Positions 16,355 through 25,240 of a stretch of 64,000 nt of DNA are shown here, in pieces. Within the stretch, counting starts at the first letter, position 1. Every line of letters starts with the position of its first letter. The DNA is taken from the IMG/VR virus record IMGVR_UViG_3300027749_000034, one strand, 5' to 3'. Origin of the DNA: a virus (Duplodnaviria; Caudoviricetes). Under the pieces are notes generated by a model, which was not told the DNA's origin, ran no database searches, and worked only from the letters and a program-made list of their open reading frames with translations. The translations under genes were made by a program, and so were the position numbers.

Positions 16355-16588
16355 ATGATAGTTCACATTAATGTTGGTGTTGCCAAAGAAAATGGCAAAT
16401 GGATTGGTCGATGGAAAACTCAGCGATGTGCTGATGTTAGTTTTACATGTGAAGAATGTACTGATTCTCAGCACGAAATTTTAGCCAATCGCAGAGAAGA
16501 ATTAGAACGAAAACTAGATAAAGCTTTACGCCTAGCATTTCCCAAGGCCAGTTATATTGTGCAGTACCGAGACCGAGAAAATGCGTAA
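16355..16588 (+). CDS. hypothetical protein
   Basis: GGGAG SD, ATG 16355. Confidence 0.6.
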   Translation: MIVHINVGVAKENGKWIGRWKTQRCADVSFTCEECTDSQHEILANRREELERKLDKALRLAFPKASYIVQYRDRENA

Positions 16589-16805
16589 TCTAGAAGCAGA
16601 ACGAAAAATAATCGAGCGGGTCTTTATGTTGGCTGGCGCCACCCTGGTCGCAGGTTTAGTAGCACTGGCAATTGGAACAGAAATGTTAGTACTATCCTAT
16701 TACAATATTGACCCAATCATGTTTTGGATCTGGCAAGGCACTTGGGCCGTGGTTGTTTCATTTATAATCAGCGGGCTGGCCCGCATGGTCAAAGGAAACA
16801 GTTGA
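16581..16805 (+). CDS. two-TM membrane protein
   Basis: Hydrophobic segments. Confidence 0.65.
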   Translation: MRNLEAERKIIERVFMLAGATLVAGLVALAIGTEMLVLSYYNIDPIMFWIWQGTWAVVVSFIISGLARMVKGNS

Positions 16806-16830
16806 CCAATCAACTTTAGTGTGTTACACT
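16802..16830 (+). promoter_or_regulatory. sigma70 promoter
   Basis: TTGACC-N17-TACACT. Confidence 0.7.
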
Positions 16831-16862
16831 AACCCTGTTAGTAACTAATTAATAGGTGGATT

Positions 16863-18020
16863 ATGTTTAAAAAATCAGCAATATGCCTGGTTCTTTGCTG
16901 TTCAGCAGTTGCAGTTTATTCAGCACCCAGTGAGATCACCCCCAGTCAAGCCACAGGTGGCATGGCATTCCGGTATCCAAACATTCGTTTGCCGGCGGCA
17001 GATCAACCTAATCTATTACCTAATAAAGTATTGACCGAGTCGGACCGCAATATTATTAATCAAGCAGAATCCATGTTTGATCGTAATGCATCATTGTCTA
17101 TTGTAATGATAGAAAAGGGACAGCTGGTGTTTGAAAAGTATCGACAACCAGCAAGTCCACGCTCGTTGAACTTTTCATGGTCCATGAGTAAGAGTTTAAC
17201 TGCATACACCGTTGGCGCCATGTCATGCGAAGGTAAAATACCAGATCTCAATAAACCAGCGCAGACATATTCTCCGGACCTCAAAGACACAGTATATGGC
17301 GAAGCAACAGTAAAGAATTTGCTAACAATGAGTAGTGGTGTTCGTAGAGCTATATATGCAGGAAATTTAATTAAGAAACAACCAGGTACATGTGATCCTG
17401 CTAGAGATTGTGACGGCTGGCTGATGCAACGAGCCGGTATTATGACTGGTTTAGAAATGATCAAGCACGATGCAGATCGTGACACCTCTTGGGGCAGACC
17501 AGTGGCCAGTGGATCCAGGTTTGCTTACAATGGAACTGATACATTAAGCTTGGCAAATGTTGCAGATCATACAGGTGGATTTGTTGATAATTTTAACAAG
17601 CACATATGGTCGCAGATTGGCAGTCAAGGACCAGGACATTGGCTGGTTGACAAAGACAATAAAGCAGTGGCACAGGCAGGGTTTAGTGCAACCAGCAAAG
17701 ACTGGGGACGTCTGGCCATGTGGTCTATCAAACAGCTAAAGTCTGAAGATAAATGCATCAGTAGTTTTATGAAAGAAGCTACCACAGAACAATTGCCAAA
17801 CTCAACTGGCGAAGCAGGCCGAGCGTTTTCTGGATATGGATATCAGACCTGGATCATGCCCGAACGCTGGGGACAAAAAGCCAGTTATTGGTGGGTGGGT
17901 TTTGGCGGACAACGAGTTGGTGTTGATCCAGTGAGCGAAAAGATTATTGTGGTGACCAGTAGTCGAGAAGATTACATGGATGAAATCTACGGGTTGTTTC
18001 AAAAATGGCAAAGGCAATAA
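16863..18020 (+). CDS. secreted serine hydrolase, beta-lactamase/AmpC (S12) family
   Basis: Signal peptide; SWSMSKS (SxxK), FAYNG (YxN), WWVGFGGQ. Confidence 0.8.
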   Translation: MFKKSAICLVLCCSAVAVYSAPSEITPSQATGGMAFRYPNIRLPAADQPNLLPNKVLTESDRNIINQAESMFDRNASLSIVMIEKGQLVFEKYRQPASPRSLNFSWSMSKSLTAYTVGAMSCEGKIPDLNKPAQTYSPDLKDTVYGEATVKNLLTMSSGVRRAIYAGNLIKKQPGTCDPARDCDGWLMQRAGIMTGLEMIKHDADRDTSWGRPVASGSRFAYNGTDTLSLANVADHTGGFVDNFNKHIWSQIGSQGPGHWLVDKDNKAVAQAGFSATSKDWGRLAMWSIKQLKSEDKCISSFMKEATTEQLPNSTGEAGRAFSGYGYQTWIMPERWGQKASYWWVGFGGQRVGVDPVSEKIIVVTSSREDYMDEIYGLFQKWQRQ

Positions 18021-18328
18021 ACAATTACAATCAGTATTGGTCTGATGAACGATCAAACTATTGGATGGTGTACAAGAAGTTTCACTTCTATGAGGATGTA
18101 ACAGGCAATGAATACATAACCATTCAGAAGGATATCCGAGAGGCTGTCGCCGAGGTTCGACAGCAGTTAGAAGAACATCAAATTGACATTGTCAATGTGG
18201 CACAGCAACAATTTCTAGATCCGATGCGTGGCGGCAATACCATTGGCGTTGCAGTGGCCTTTAAGAATCGAGAAGACTTGGCCATGGCCAAGATGTTGAT
18301 TGAATGCGATAGTGTTTATGGATTGTGA
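18005..18328 (+). CDS. hypothetical protein
   Basis: ORF overlapping upstream stop. Confidence 0.6.
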   Translation: MAKAINNYNQYWSDERSNYWMVYKKFHFYEDVTGNEYITIQKDIREAVAEVRQQLEEHQIDIVNVAQQQFLDPMRGGNTIGVAVAFKNREDLAMAKMLIECDSVYGL

Positions 18329-18522
18329 TCGGGCAGGCCTGTAATTGGATCAACCTTTGAACCCCATTTGCCCAAAGGACAGTAACTGAATTTGAGACCA
18401 GTTTTCCATGGCAGGTAGCACCAGCACTTTTTGCACACATCTGTCACAGGATGACGATGCTCGCAGGTGTTACAAATGCTCAGTCTTCTTTGCTTTTCAG
18501 TTTCTTCTGATTTGATTGACAT
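18316..18522 (-). CDS. small Cys-rich protein (DUF6171-like)
   Basis: RLSICNTC...CKKCWC...CPLGKW; TAAATA-N4-ATG. Confidence 0.7.
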   Translation of the reverse strand: MSIKSEETEKQRRLSICNTCEHRHPVTDVCKKCWCYLPWKTGLKFSYCPLGKWGSKVDPITGLPDHNP

Positions 18523-18534
18523 GGATTATTTATT

Positions 18535-18786
18535 TTGAAACGAGTGTTATTAAAAAATTTAGCATTAGGTGATCCAAGTGATGTAGAGATTTATGCGGCC
18601 GCCGCTGTATATGAGTGGACACAGAAACCTGACGGTCGGCAAGTGGTTGAACAGTTTGGAATTACCACAGACCAAATGTATTGGACCAATGGACCTATGC
18701 TACCACACAGTATTACCGTGGATATCTGGGCCGATGTTGATAGCGAAACAGAAATATTGTTAAAATTATCTGGATTGTGTCGTTAA
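18535..18786 (+). CDS. hypothetical protein
   Basis: ORF, TTG start. Confidence 0.5.
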   Translation: MKRVLLKNLALGDPSDVEIYAAAAVYEWTQKPDGRQVVEQFGITTDQMYWTNGPMLPHSITVDIWADVDSETEILLKLSGLCR

Positions 18787-19052
18787 AAATCAGTCTGGCT
18801 TACTGTTATCACCGATTGTGTGCTACCTCCAGGTCCTGTAGCAGTGAATAAAAAAGTGGCACCTCTACCATATGTTAGACGACTAACAAAGAAGCCGCTG
18901 GTATTAGTTAATGCAAGTGAGCCTGAAATTGAGCTACATGTTAATCTAGTTGCATTCATAGTGCTCCACAGAAGGAAAATTCTTCTTTGGCCAGGAATGT
19001 ATCCTTGAATTATAGCCCGTACAGAAAGTAAAGGTTTTGGTGTAAGCGGCAT
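18783..19052 (-). CDS. hypothetical protein (possible structural/Ig-like)
   Basis: Start ATG 19052 after TAAATA-N5; TATGPGGST motif. Confidence 0.5.
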   Translation of the reverse strand: MPLTPKPLLSVRAIIQGYIPGQRRIFLLWSTMNATRLTCSSISGSLALTNTSGFFVSRLTYGRGATFLFTATGPGGSTQSVITVSQTDF

Positions 19053-19159
19053 AACAATATTTACCGAAATTGTCCGGATTGTGTCAACGGTAGTGTTGAT
19101 CAAGGCGTTATATATGTATACAGACAATAATGTGTGTATAAACAACTTAAGGAAATATC

Positions 19160-19426
19160 ATGAAATTAGTATCCGCACTTATCGCAACCCTGTTTGCCGC
19201 TACTGCATTTGCCGCTGAGCCAGCCAAGGCACCAGCAACTACTGCGCCTGCCGCGACTGCGCCTGCCGCGACTGCTCCTGCCGCGCCAGCCAAGAAAGAC
19301 GAAAAGAAAGCTGAAAAGAAAGCTGAAAAGAAAGCTACCAAGGAGGTAGCCAAGTCTGACGCTACTAAAAGTGCACCAGTTGCACCCAGCGCCAAGGATC
19401 CGAAAGCCGAAGCTACTAAGAAGTAA
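19160..19426 (+). CDS. secreted Ala/Pro/Lys-rich low-complexity protein
   Basis: Signal peptide ending AFA; TAPAA and EKKA tandem repeats. Confidence 0.8.
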   Translation: MKLVSALIATLFAATAFAAEPAKAPATTAPAATAPAATAPAAPAKKDEKKAEKKAEKKATKEVAKSDATKSAPVAPSAKDPKAEATKK

Positions 19427-19634
19427 CCCACTAAGACTAGGACTAATTAGTCAAGGAACTCGACCTAGTGACATTGAGTTTGATGATGAAGACATTATCG
19501 TTAACACTAGGCGTTCCACAAAGGTTGAGCCTGCAACGCTGGGGCCAGACGATGAACTTAGCGACTATGTCTTAGCCAGACTACAATTGGCCAGAGAAAT
19601 GGCCATGTTGAAGTATCGAGAAAAATGGGGCTGA
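19371..19634 (+). CDS. hypothetical protein, start uncertain
   Basis: Open frame ending ARLQLAREMAMLKYREKWG; no ATG near the 5' end. Confidence 0.45.
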   Translation: MHQLHPAPRIRKPKLLRSNPLRLGLISQGTRPSDIEFDDEDIIVNTRRSTKVEPATLGPDDELSDYVLARLQLAREMAMLKYREKWG

Positions 19635-19647
19635 AAGGCCCCATTTT
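19622..19647. terminator. hairpin terminator
   Basis: AAAATGGGGCT-GAAA-GGCCCCATTTT. Confidence 0.7.
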
Positions 19648-19697
19648 CCTTGAAAAAGTAGGTAAATATATGCCTACACCTTTAAGGAGGATATGTT

Positions 19698-19811
19698 ATG
19701 TTAGAAACTTTATTTTGGTTTGCACTAGGTGCGTTCGTTGGTTGGAATTTTCCACAACCTGATTTTGCCAAATCAATTCAGGCAAAAGTACTAGGAATGT
19801 TTAAAAAATGA
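19698..19811 (+). CDS. 37-aa membrane peptide
   Basis: AGGAGG SD; MLETLFWFALGAFVGWNFPQP. Confidence 0.7.
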   Translation: MLETLFWFALGAFVGWNFPQPDFAKSIQAKVLGMFKK

Positions 19812-19999
19812 TTGTAGCATTCGCAAATAAAATTGGCCAGGCGCATGGTAAGTTTTTTACATGGCTTGGTCGTAAAGCAGAGTCCAATCCTTGGTGGGCA
19901 GTAGCCCTAACCTTCTGGGCATTGTATGAGATCGTTGAACATATTGCTGGACCAATTCTAGCCGTGTTAGCCGCAACAGGACATGTGAGTATACACTAA
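19808..19999 (+). CDS. small membrane protein
   Basis: ATGA overlap. Confidence 0.65.
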   Translation: MIVAFANKIGQAHGKFFTWLGRKAESNPWWAVALTFWALYEIVEHIAGPILAVLAATGHVSIH

Positions 20000-20379
20000 T
20001 GGCATATTCAGAAAAAGTAATTGACCATTACGAGAATCCCAGGAATGTTGGCTCATTTGCAAAAGATGATACTGATGTTGGCACTGGCATGGTAGGTGCA
20101 CCAGCCTGCGGTGATGTGATGAAATTACAGATCAAAGTAGAAGATGGAATAATCACTGATGCAAAATTCAAAACATACGGCTGTGGTTCAGCTATTGCAT
20201 CAAGTAGTCTTATAACTGAAATGGTCAAGGGCATGACATTGGATGATGCCTCCAAGATTAAAAATAGTGAGATTGCCGAAGAGCTGGCGCTACCACCAGT
20301 GAAAATTCATTGCAGTATCTTGGCTGAAGATGCCATCAAGGCCGCTGTTGCCGACTATAAGGCCAAACATGCCAACTAG
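19999..20379 (+). CDS. iscU: Fe-S cluster scaffold IscU
   Basis: YSEKVIDHYENPRNVG, GAPACGD, GCGSAIAS, LPPVKIHCS. Confidence 0.97.
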   Translation: MAYSEKVIDHYENPRNVGSFAKDDTDVGTGMVGAPACGDVMKLQIKVEDGIITDAKFKTYGCGSAIASSSLITEMVKGMTLDDASKIKNSEIAEELALPPVKIHCSILAEDAIKAAVADYKAKHAN

Positions 20380-21160
20380 AATTTTAATCATGGGCCTTCC
20401 GGGCTCGGGCAAAACCACATTGGCACAGCATGTATTAGATCACTTGCAAGCTGAAAAGAAAACAGTAATGTGGCTCAATGCCGACGATGTTCGTAAAAAA
20501 TACAACGATTGGGATTTCAGTCATGAAGGCCGTATTCGTCAAAGTCTGCGTATGCGAGAACTTGCAGACAGTTATGATACCGATTTTGTAATTTGTGACT
20601 TTGTTGCACCCTTGGTTGAAATGCGTAACAACTTCAAAGCAGACTGGACCATTTGGGTAGATACCATTCGCGAAGGTCGTTATGCAGATACCAATGCCAT
20701 GTTTGTAGAACCCGAAGTTTATGACTTCCGAGTGACTGTGCAAAAAGCAGAAACATGGGGCGAGTTTATTGCAGGACACATACTGGACAATCGTCGTAGG
20801 CCTGTGTTTGATTGGAAGAAAGAAACAGTACAAATGCTGGGCCGTTGGCAACCATGGCATGATGGTCATCGTGCGTTGTTTGAACGCCTGCTGGCTCGTA
20901 CTGGTCAAGTGATCATTCAAGTGCGTGATGTGCAAGGCTGGCAAGGCAGTAACCCATTTGAAGTGGCCAAAGTCAAAAGCTTTATCAAGCGTGATTTAGA
21001 TCCATTATATCAGGGTCAATATGAAATACAAGTTGTTCCTAACATTGTACACATTGGTTGGGGTCGTGGAGTAGGCTATACTGCCGGTGAAGAAACATTT
21101 GATAACGCAGTAACAGATATCAGTGCCACAAAAATTCGTAAGGAATTAGGCCTTGAGTAG
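20369..21160 (+). CDS. adenylylsulfate kinase-like domain fused to a HIGH-family nucleotidyltransferase
   Basis: GLPGSGKTT + NADDVR N-domain; [11 protein letters not shown]-domain. Confidence 0.75.
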   Translation: MPTRILIMGLPGSGKTTLAQHVLDHLQAEKKTVMWLNADDVRKKYNDWDFSHEGRIRQSLRMRELADSYDTDFVICDFVAPLVEMRNNFKADWTIWVDTIREGRYADTNAMFVEPEVYDFRVTVQKAETWGEFIAGHILDNRRRPVFDWKKETVQMLGRWQPWHDGHRALFERLLARTGQVIIQVRDVQGWQGSNPFEVAKVKSFIKRDLDPLYQGQYEIQVVPNIVHIGWGRGVGYTAGEETFDNAVTDISATKIRKELGLE

Positions 21161-21171
21161 CATGGGGAAAA

Positions 21172-21492
21172 ATGATAACATTGACTGAGCCAGCAAAGCA
21201 CAAGGTCCAAAGCATGTTGAGCCGTAGAGGCCACGGACTGGGCATTAGACTTGGAGTGAAAACTACCGGTTGCTCTGGGCTTGCTTATGTGTTAGAATAT
21301 GTAGACAGTCAGGCCACAGGGGATCAATGTTTTGACTGTGAAGGATGTATGATTTTTATGGATCCAAAGAGTAGCGTATATCTAAGCGGGTTGACTGTGG
21401 ACTATGTACGCAAAGGGCTAAATGAAGGATTTGAATTCATTAACCCCAACGAGAAAGACCGCTGTGGATGCGGTGAAAGTTTTAGAGTCTAA
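21172..21492 (+). CDS. iscA: Fe-S carrier IscA
   Basis: [16 protein letters not shown]. Confidence 0.95.
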   Translation: MITLTEPAKHKVQSMLSRRGHGLGIRLGVKTTGCSGLAYVLEYVDSQATGDQCFDCEGCMIFMDPKSSVYLSGLTVDYVRKGLNEGFEFINPNEKDRCGCGESFRV

Positions 21493-21503
21493 AGGAGACT
21501 ATT

Positions 21504-21821
21504 ATGAAAAAGCTAATTGCAATTTTATTGTTGACATTGACAGCTACTACTGCCATGGCACAACATCATGGTGGCGGCTACTATCGAGGTGGTGGTTATC
21601 GTGGCGGCTGGGTTGCACCTGCCTTGATTGGTGGTGTCATTGGATATGGTCTAAGCCGTCCCTACTACGAACCCTACTACGCACCGCCTCCGGTGTACTA
21701 CGCACCTCAGCCACCGGTGTACTACACACAACCTGCGCCAATGGTACAGTCCAACTGTGTTCGTTACATCATTCAAAATGAACAAGGCCAGACAGTACGG
21801 GAAGAAACTCGTTGCAATTAA
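21504..21821 (+). CDS. secreted Gly/Tyr/Pro-rich protein
   Basis: Signal peptide; GGGYY and YYAPPP repeats. Confidence 0.7.
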   Translation: MKKLIAILLLTLTATTAMAQHHGGGYYRGGGYRGGWVAPALIGGVIGYGLSRPYYEPYYAPPPVYYAPQPPVYYTQPAPMVQSNCVRYIIQNEQGQTVREETRCN

Positions 21822-21840
21822 CTGACAATTCAGCTATACT
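21812..21840 (+). promoter_or_regulatory. sigma70 promoter (leaderless)
   Basis: TTGCAA-N17-TATACT, ATG six nt downstream. Confidence 0.65.
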
Positions 21841-21846
21841 AGTTGA

Positions 21847-22104
21847 ATGCAAAAGTTAAATGAAATTACCGACCGTGAAACCCTTTTAAGTTATCTCGAT
21901 CCTGCGGATTGGGATAACTTTTCTACAGCATGGTACAATGGACTAGATCCATTCAAAGAATATCCCGACTCCTTGATTTTAATGGCCAATGCAGTACTAA
22001 CACATTGGGAAGTTCCATTGTATGCAGTTGATGTCAGCTGGGACGAAGAGCTAGGTTGCTTCATTTGGCACTTTGGCAAAAACACCAGTCCTGACTATCC
22101 ATAA
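21847..22104 (+). CDS. hypothetical protein
   Basis: ORF. Confidence 0.65.
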   Translation: MQKLNEITDRETLLSYLDPADWDNFSTAWYNGLDPFKEYPDSLILMANAVLTHWEVPLYAVDVSWDEELGCFIWHFGKNTSPDYP

Positions 22105-22126
22105 TTAATAGAACAGGAGATCATGC

Positions 22127-22840
22127 ATGTACTTTAATGATGGAAGCTTACTAGTTCCAGCAGAGCCACAGTGGACCAGATATGACGGTGTTAAAATGGC
22201 ACCGTTGATTGTACCCGATGGCGCAGGACCATGGGCCTTACGATATATTTGGTGCAGGCATACCGAAAATAACAAAGACTTTGTTGGCAATTACTTTGCC
22301 GCAAAATCTGATCAAGAAAAAGGAAAGGCCGGATTAAATTTGCGTAAGCGTACAGCCTACATGCAAGAACATTGGGATCCTCACAATGAGTTGATCAACA
22401 CAAGCCGAGACAATGGAAATATGATCTGGCGTGTAAAAGTACATAACCCAATTGCAGACAGCATTGACTATGTTGAATGTTGGCGCAGTCCTGAAGTGCT
22501 ATCGCAGGCATTCAGTGATTTAATGCCTGGCGCAGAATTAAAAATCAAAGACAATGTTGTTCGTACATCAACCAATCAGCAAACACTAAGAAACAATCTG
22601 TACAAGGAAGGTTTTGAAATTAGACGCTGGGTTGATCCTGTAACAAATTGGCCCACTATTAATCCAGGACTGGCCATGTACTTCTACTGGAACTTTGTGC
22701 AGAAGCATTGGCTAAAAGCAAATTGTAGGGTGAATACAATGTGGCGTGTGCATTTGAATCCATGGAGAGGCTTGTACCCAGAGCTTTATCCAATTGACGA
22801 CATGCTCGTTAAGTTAAAAGAAAATACAAGTTATCTATAA
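22127..22840 (+). CDS. hypothetical protein
   Basis: ORF, AGGAG SD. Confidence 0.7.
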   Translation: MYFNDGSLLVPAEPQWTRYDGVKMAPLIVPDGAGPWALRYIWCRHTENNKDFVGNYFAAKSDQEKGKAGLNLRKRTAYMQEHWDPHNELINTSRDNGNMIWRVKVHNPIADSIDYVECWRSPEVLSQAFSDLMPGAELKIKDNVVRTSTNQQTLRNNLYKEGFEIRRWVDPVTNWPTINPGLAMYFYWNFVQKHWLKANCRVNTMWRVHLNPWRGLYPELYPIDDMLVKLKENTSYL

Positions 22841-22849
22841 AGGAAAATT

Positions 22850-23440
22850 ATGAGTTTAGTGCCAATCGTAGTAGAGAAGACCGGAGCAGGTGAGCGCAGT
22901 TACGACATTTACAGTCGTTTACTCAAAGAGCGAATTGTATTGCTTGAAGGCGAAGTACATGACCAAATGGCCAATCTGATTGTTGCCCAGTTGCTGTTCT
23001 TAGAAGCAGACAACCCAGAAAAAGAAATCAATCTTTTTATTAACAGCCCTGGTGGAAGCATTACAGCAGGCATGGCAATCTACGACACAATGCAATATAT
23101 CAAAAGCCCTGTAAGCACCATTGTCATGGGTCAAGCATGTAGCATGGGCAGTTTCTTAGCGCAGTCTGGTCAAGCAGGTCGACGGTTTGTATTGCCCAAT
23201 GCAAGACACATGATCCACCAACCTTCAGGTGGCACTCGTGGCATGGTAAGTGATATTGAAATCAGTTACAATGAAATTGTATTTTGGAAAAAACGACTAA
23301 CAGAGTTATATGTCAAGCATAACTCAGCTGGTAAAACATATCCACAGTTTGAAAAAGACATGGATCGAGATACATTCATGAGCGCCGAAGAAGCTGTTGC
23401 ATACGGCTTGGCCGACGGTATCATGACAAAACGCCCATGA
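22850..23440 (+). CDS. clpP: Clp protease proteolytic subunit
   Basis: [24 protein letters not shown] (Ser), HQP (His). Confidence 0.97.
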   Translation: MSLVPIVVEKTGAGERSYDIYSRLLKERIVLLEGEVHDQMANLIVAQLLFLEADNPEKEINLFINSPGGSITAGMAIYDTMQYIKSPVSTIVMGQACSMGSFLAQSGQAGRRFVLPNARHMIHQPSGGTRGMVSDIEISYNEIVFWKKRLTELYVKHNSAGKTYPQFEKDMDRDTFMSAEEAVAYGLADGIMTKRP

Positions 23441-23592
23441 TACTTGAAGTTATAGTATACGGATTCTTCACTGCATTTGGCTGGTGGGGCGCAAATCACT
23501 ATGTGATCGAACCCTATTTTCCTGAACCTGTTGCCAAGGTAAAGAAAGCAGAAGAAAAGAAAGAAACTACTGTTTCAAAAGAGAATCAGTAA
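23437..23592 (+). CDS. 51-aa membrane-anchored protein
   Basis: ATGA overlap with clpP; N-terminal hydrophobic segment. Confidence 0.6.
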   Translation: MILEVIVYGFFTAFGWWGANHYVIEPYFPEPVAKVKKAEEKKETTVSKENQ

Positions 23593-24208
23593 ATTCCAGC
23601 AAGAGTTGATGGTGAGTACCCCCGTGGTACTTGCCCGTCATCCAACTGTATCCATCATACCAGAACTGTTCGCTTTCTGGATGACAACCAATTAGACCAA
23701 TACGGTTTTGTATTATCGCCATAGCATCATTATTAGCATATTTGGCAATGGTGTCGTGATATCCTGCACCAACTAAAGCACAGCCATCATACCAGAACAT
23801 GTTCATAGGTTTTCCTAACCAGTCAATTGAAATGTTTTTTGCATGTGGCCTGCGTGTATCAGTTCCAGGACGAGTTATGTATTGTACTGCATCAATGTCT
23901 TTTAAGATATTAAAATAGTGTGAGCCTGCCCAGTAGGCACCCATACAAATTCCCAAATACCGCCCGCCATCCTTAACAAATTGCCGAACTCGTTCACCGT
24001 TGTATTTGAACAAGTTCTCAAAGCTGTCGGCATCACCTATTCCACCAGGCACAGCAATTATATCAACATTGTTGAAAAATACATCTTCTACTGCATTTTT
24101 TCCAAACACTTTAAAATTGTAATATTGCCCAAGTGCATTCATTATACCATTTCCACTTTGCACTGAACATTTTGGATCAGCTAAAAATAGTGCTACAGTG
24201 GGCTTCAT
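23567..24208 (-). CDS. BPL_N / class I glutamine amidotransferase-like protein
   Basis: VPGG, YLGICMGAY, HPE; TATAAATA-N4-ATG. Confidence 0.8.
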   Translation of the reverse strand: MKPTVALFLADPKCSVQSGNGIMNALGQYYNFKVFGKNAVEDVFFNNVDIIAVPGGIGDADSFENLFKYNGERVRQFVKDGGRYLGICMGAYWAGSHYFNILKDIDAVQYITRPGTDTRRPHAKNISIDWLGKPMNMFWYDGCALVGAGYHDTIAKYANNDAMAIIQNRIGLIGCHPESEQFWYDGYSWMTGKYHGGTHHQLLLEFTDSLLKQ

Positions 24209-24251
24209 GATCTATTTATATAGATAAATACTTGTCAAGGAGGACTCAACC

Positions 24252-24410
24252 ATGAAACAGAAAAAGCTACTGGCTAAACTGTACAGGGCTTGCGTCGACC
24301 ATGATACAGAAACCATTGCTGAACTCCGTCAAAAAGAGTTTGCAAAGATACTGAAACACAAGGCCGAAGGTAAGTCATTTACAACAAAATGGACTTTGGT
24401 TAGGATTTAG
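24252..24410 (+). CDS. 52-aa hypothetical protein
   Basis: AAGGAGG SD after TAAATA box. Confidence 0.7.
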   Translation: MKQKKLLAKLYRACVDHDTETIAELRQKEFAKILKHKAEGKSFTTKWTLVRI

Positions 24411-24460
24411 TGTAACAAAACAGTAACACAAAAATCCACAATTGGGCGATAAGTAATGGT

Positions 24461-25240
24461 ATGACAGCCAAAACTTATCGCTCAATTTTTGTTTCCGATG
24501 TACATTTAGGCACTAGAGATTGTAAAGCTGGACAGCTGAACAATTTCCTTAAACACAACAGTTGTGATACATTATATCTAGTAGGCGATATAATTGATGC
24601 ATGGAAGATTCAACAAAACAAATGGCGTTGGAAACAAAGCCACACCAATGTTGTTCGTAGAGTATTGGGACATGCCAAGCGTGGTACTCGAGTTGTATTC
24701 ATTGCCGGCAATCATGATGAGTTTTTGAGACCCATGATACCATATGGATTTAGTTTTGGCCTGGTGGAAATACACAATCAAATAGAACACATAGGTGCTG
24801 ATGGTCGACACTATCTTGTTACACATGGCGACCTGTTTGACGGTATCACAAGATTGGCACCGTGGATAGCATTTTTAGGAGACAAGGCATATGATATCAT
24901 TTTATCGCTTAATAGCAAATACAATTGGCTACGTCATCGTATGGGTTTTGGGTACTTTAGTCTTAGTCAGTATCTCAAAGCAAGAGTAAAGAAAGCAGTG
25001 GACTTTATATTCCACTTTGAAAAAAATCTAGCCACCTATTGTAAAAAGCGTGGATATGATGGAGTCATATGTGGACACATACACCACGCGGAAATAAAAG
25101 AAATAGATGGCATCATATATATGAACGACGGTGACTGGGTAGAATCGTGTACTGCACTTGTAGAACATCATGACGGTCGTTGGGAAATAATTACATGGAC
25201 CAAAAGCAATGACAAAGACAATACTGATAATAACAGATAA
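24461..25240 (+). CDS. PlcP/LpxH2-like metallophosphoesterase (putative phospholipase C)
   Basis: SDVHLG, GDIID, GNHDE, HGD, GHIH; adjacent GT4. Confidence 0.8.
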   Translation: MTAKTYRSIFVSDVHLGTRDCKAGQLNNFLKHNSCDTLYLVGDIIDAWKIQQNKWRWKQSHTNVVRRVLGHAKRGTRVVFIAGNHDEFLRPMIPYGFSFGLVEIHNQIEHIGADGRHYLVTHGDLFDGITRLAPWIAFLGDKAYDIILSLNSKYNWLRHRMGFGYFSLSQYLKARVKKAVDFIFHFEKNLATYCKKRGYDGVICGHIHHAEIKEIDGIIYMNDGDWVESCTALVEHHDGRWEIITWTKSNDKDNTDNNR

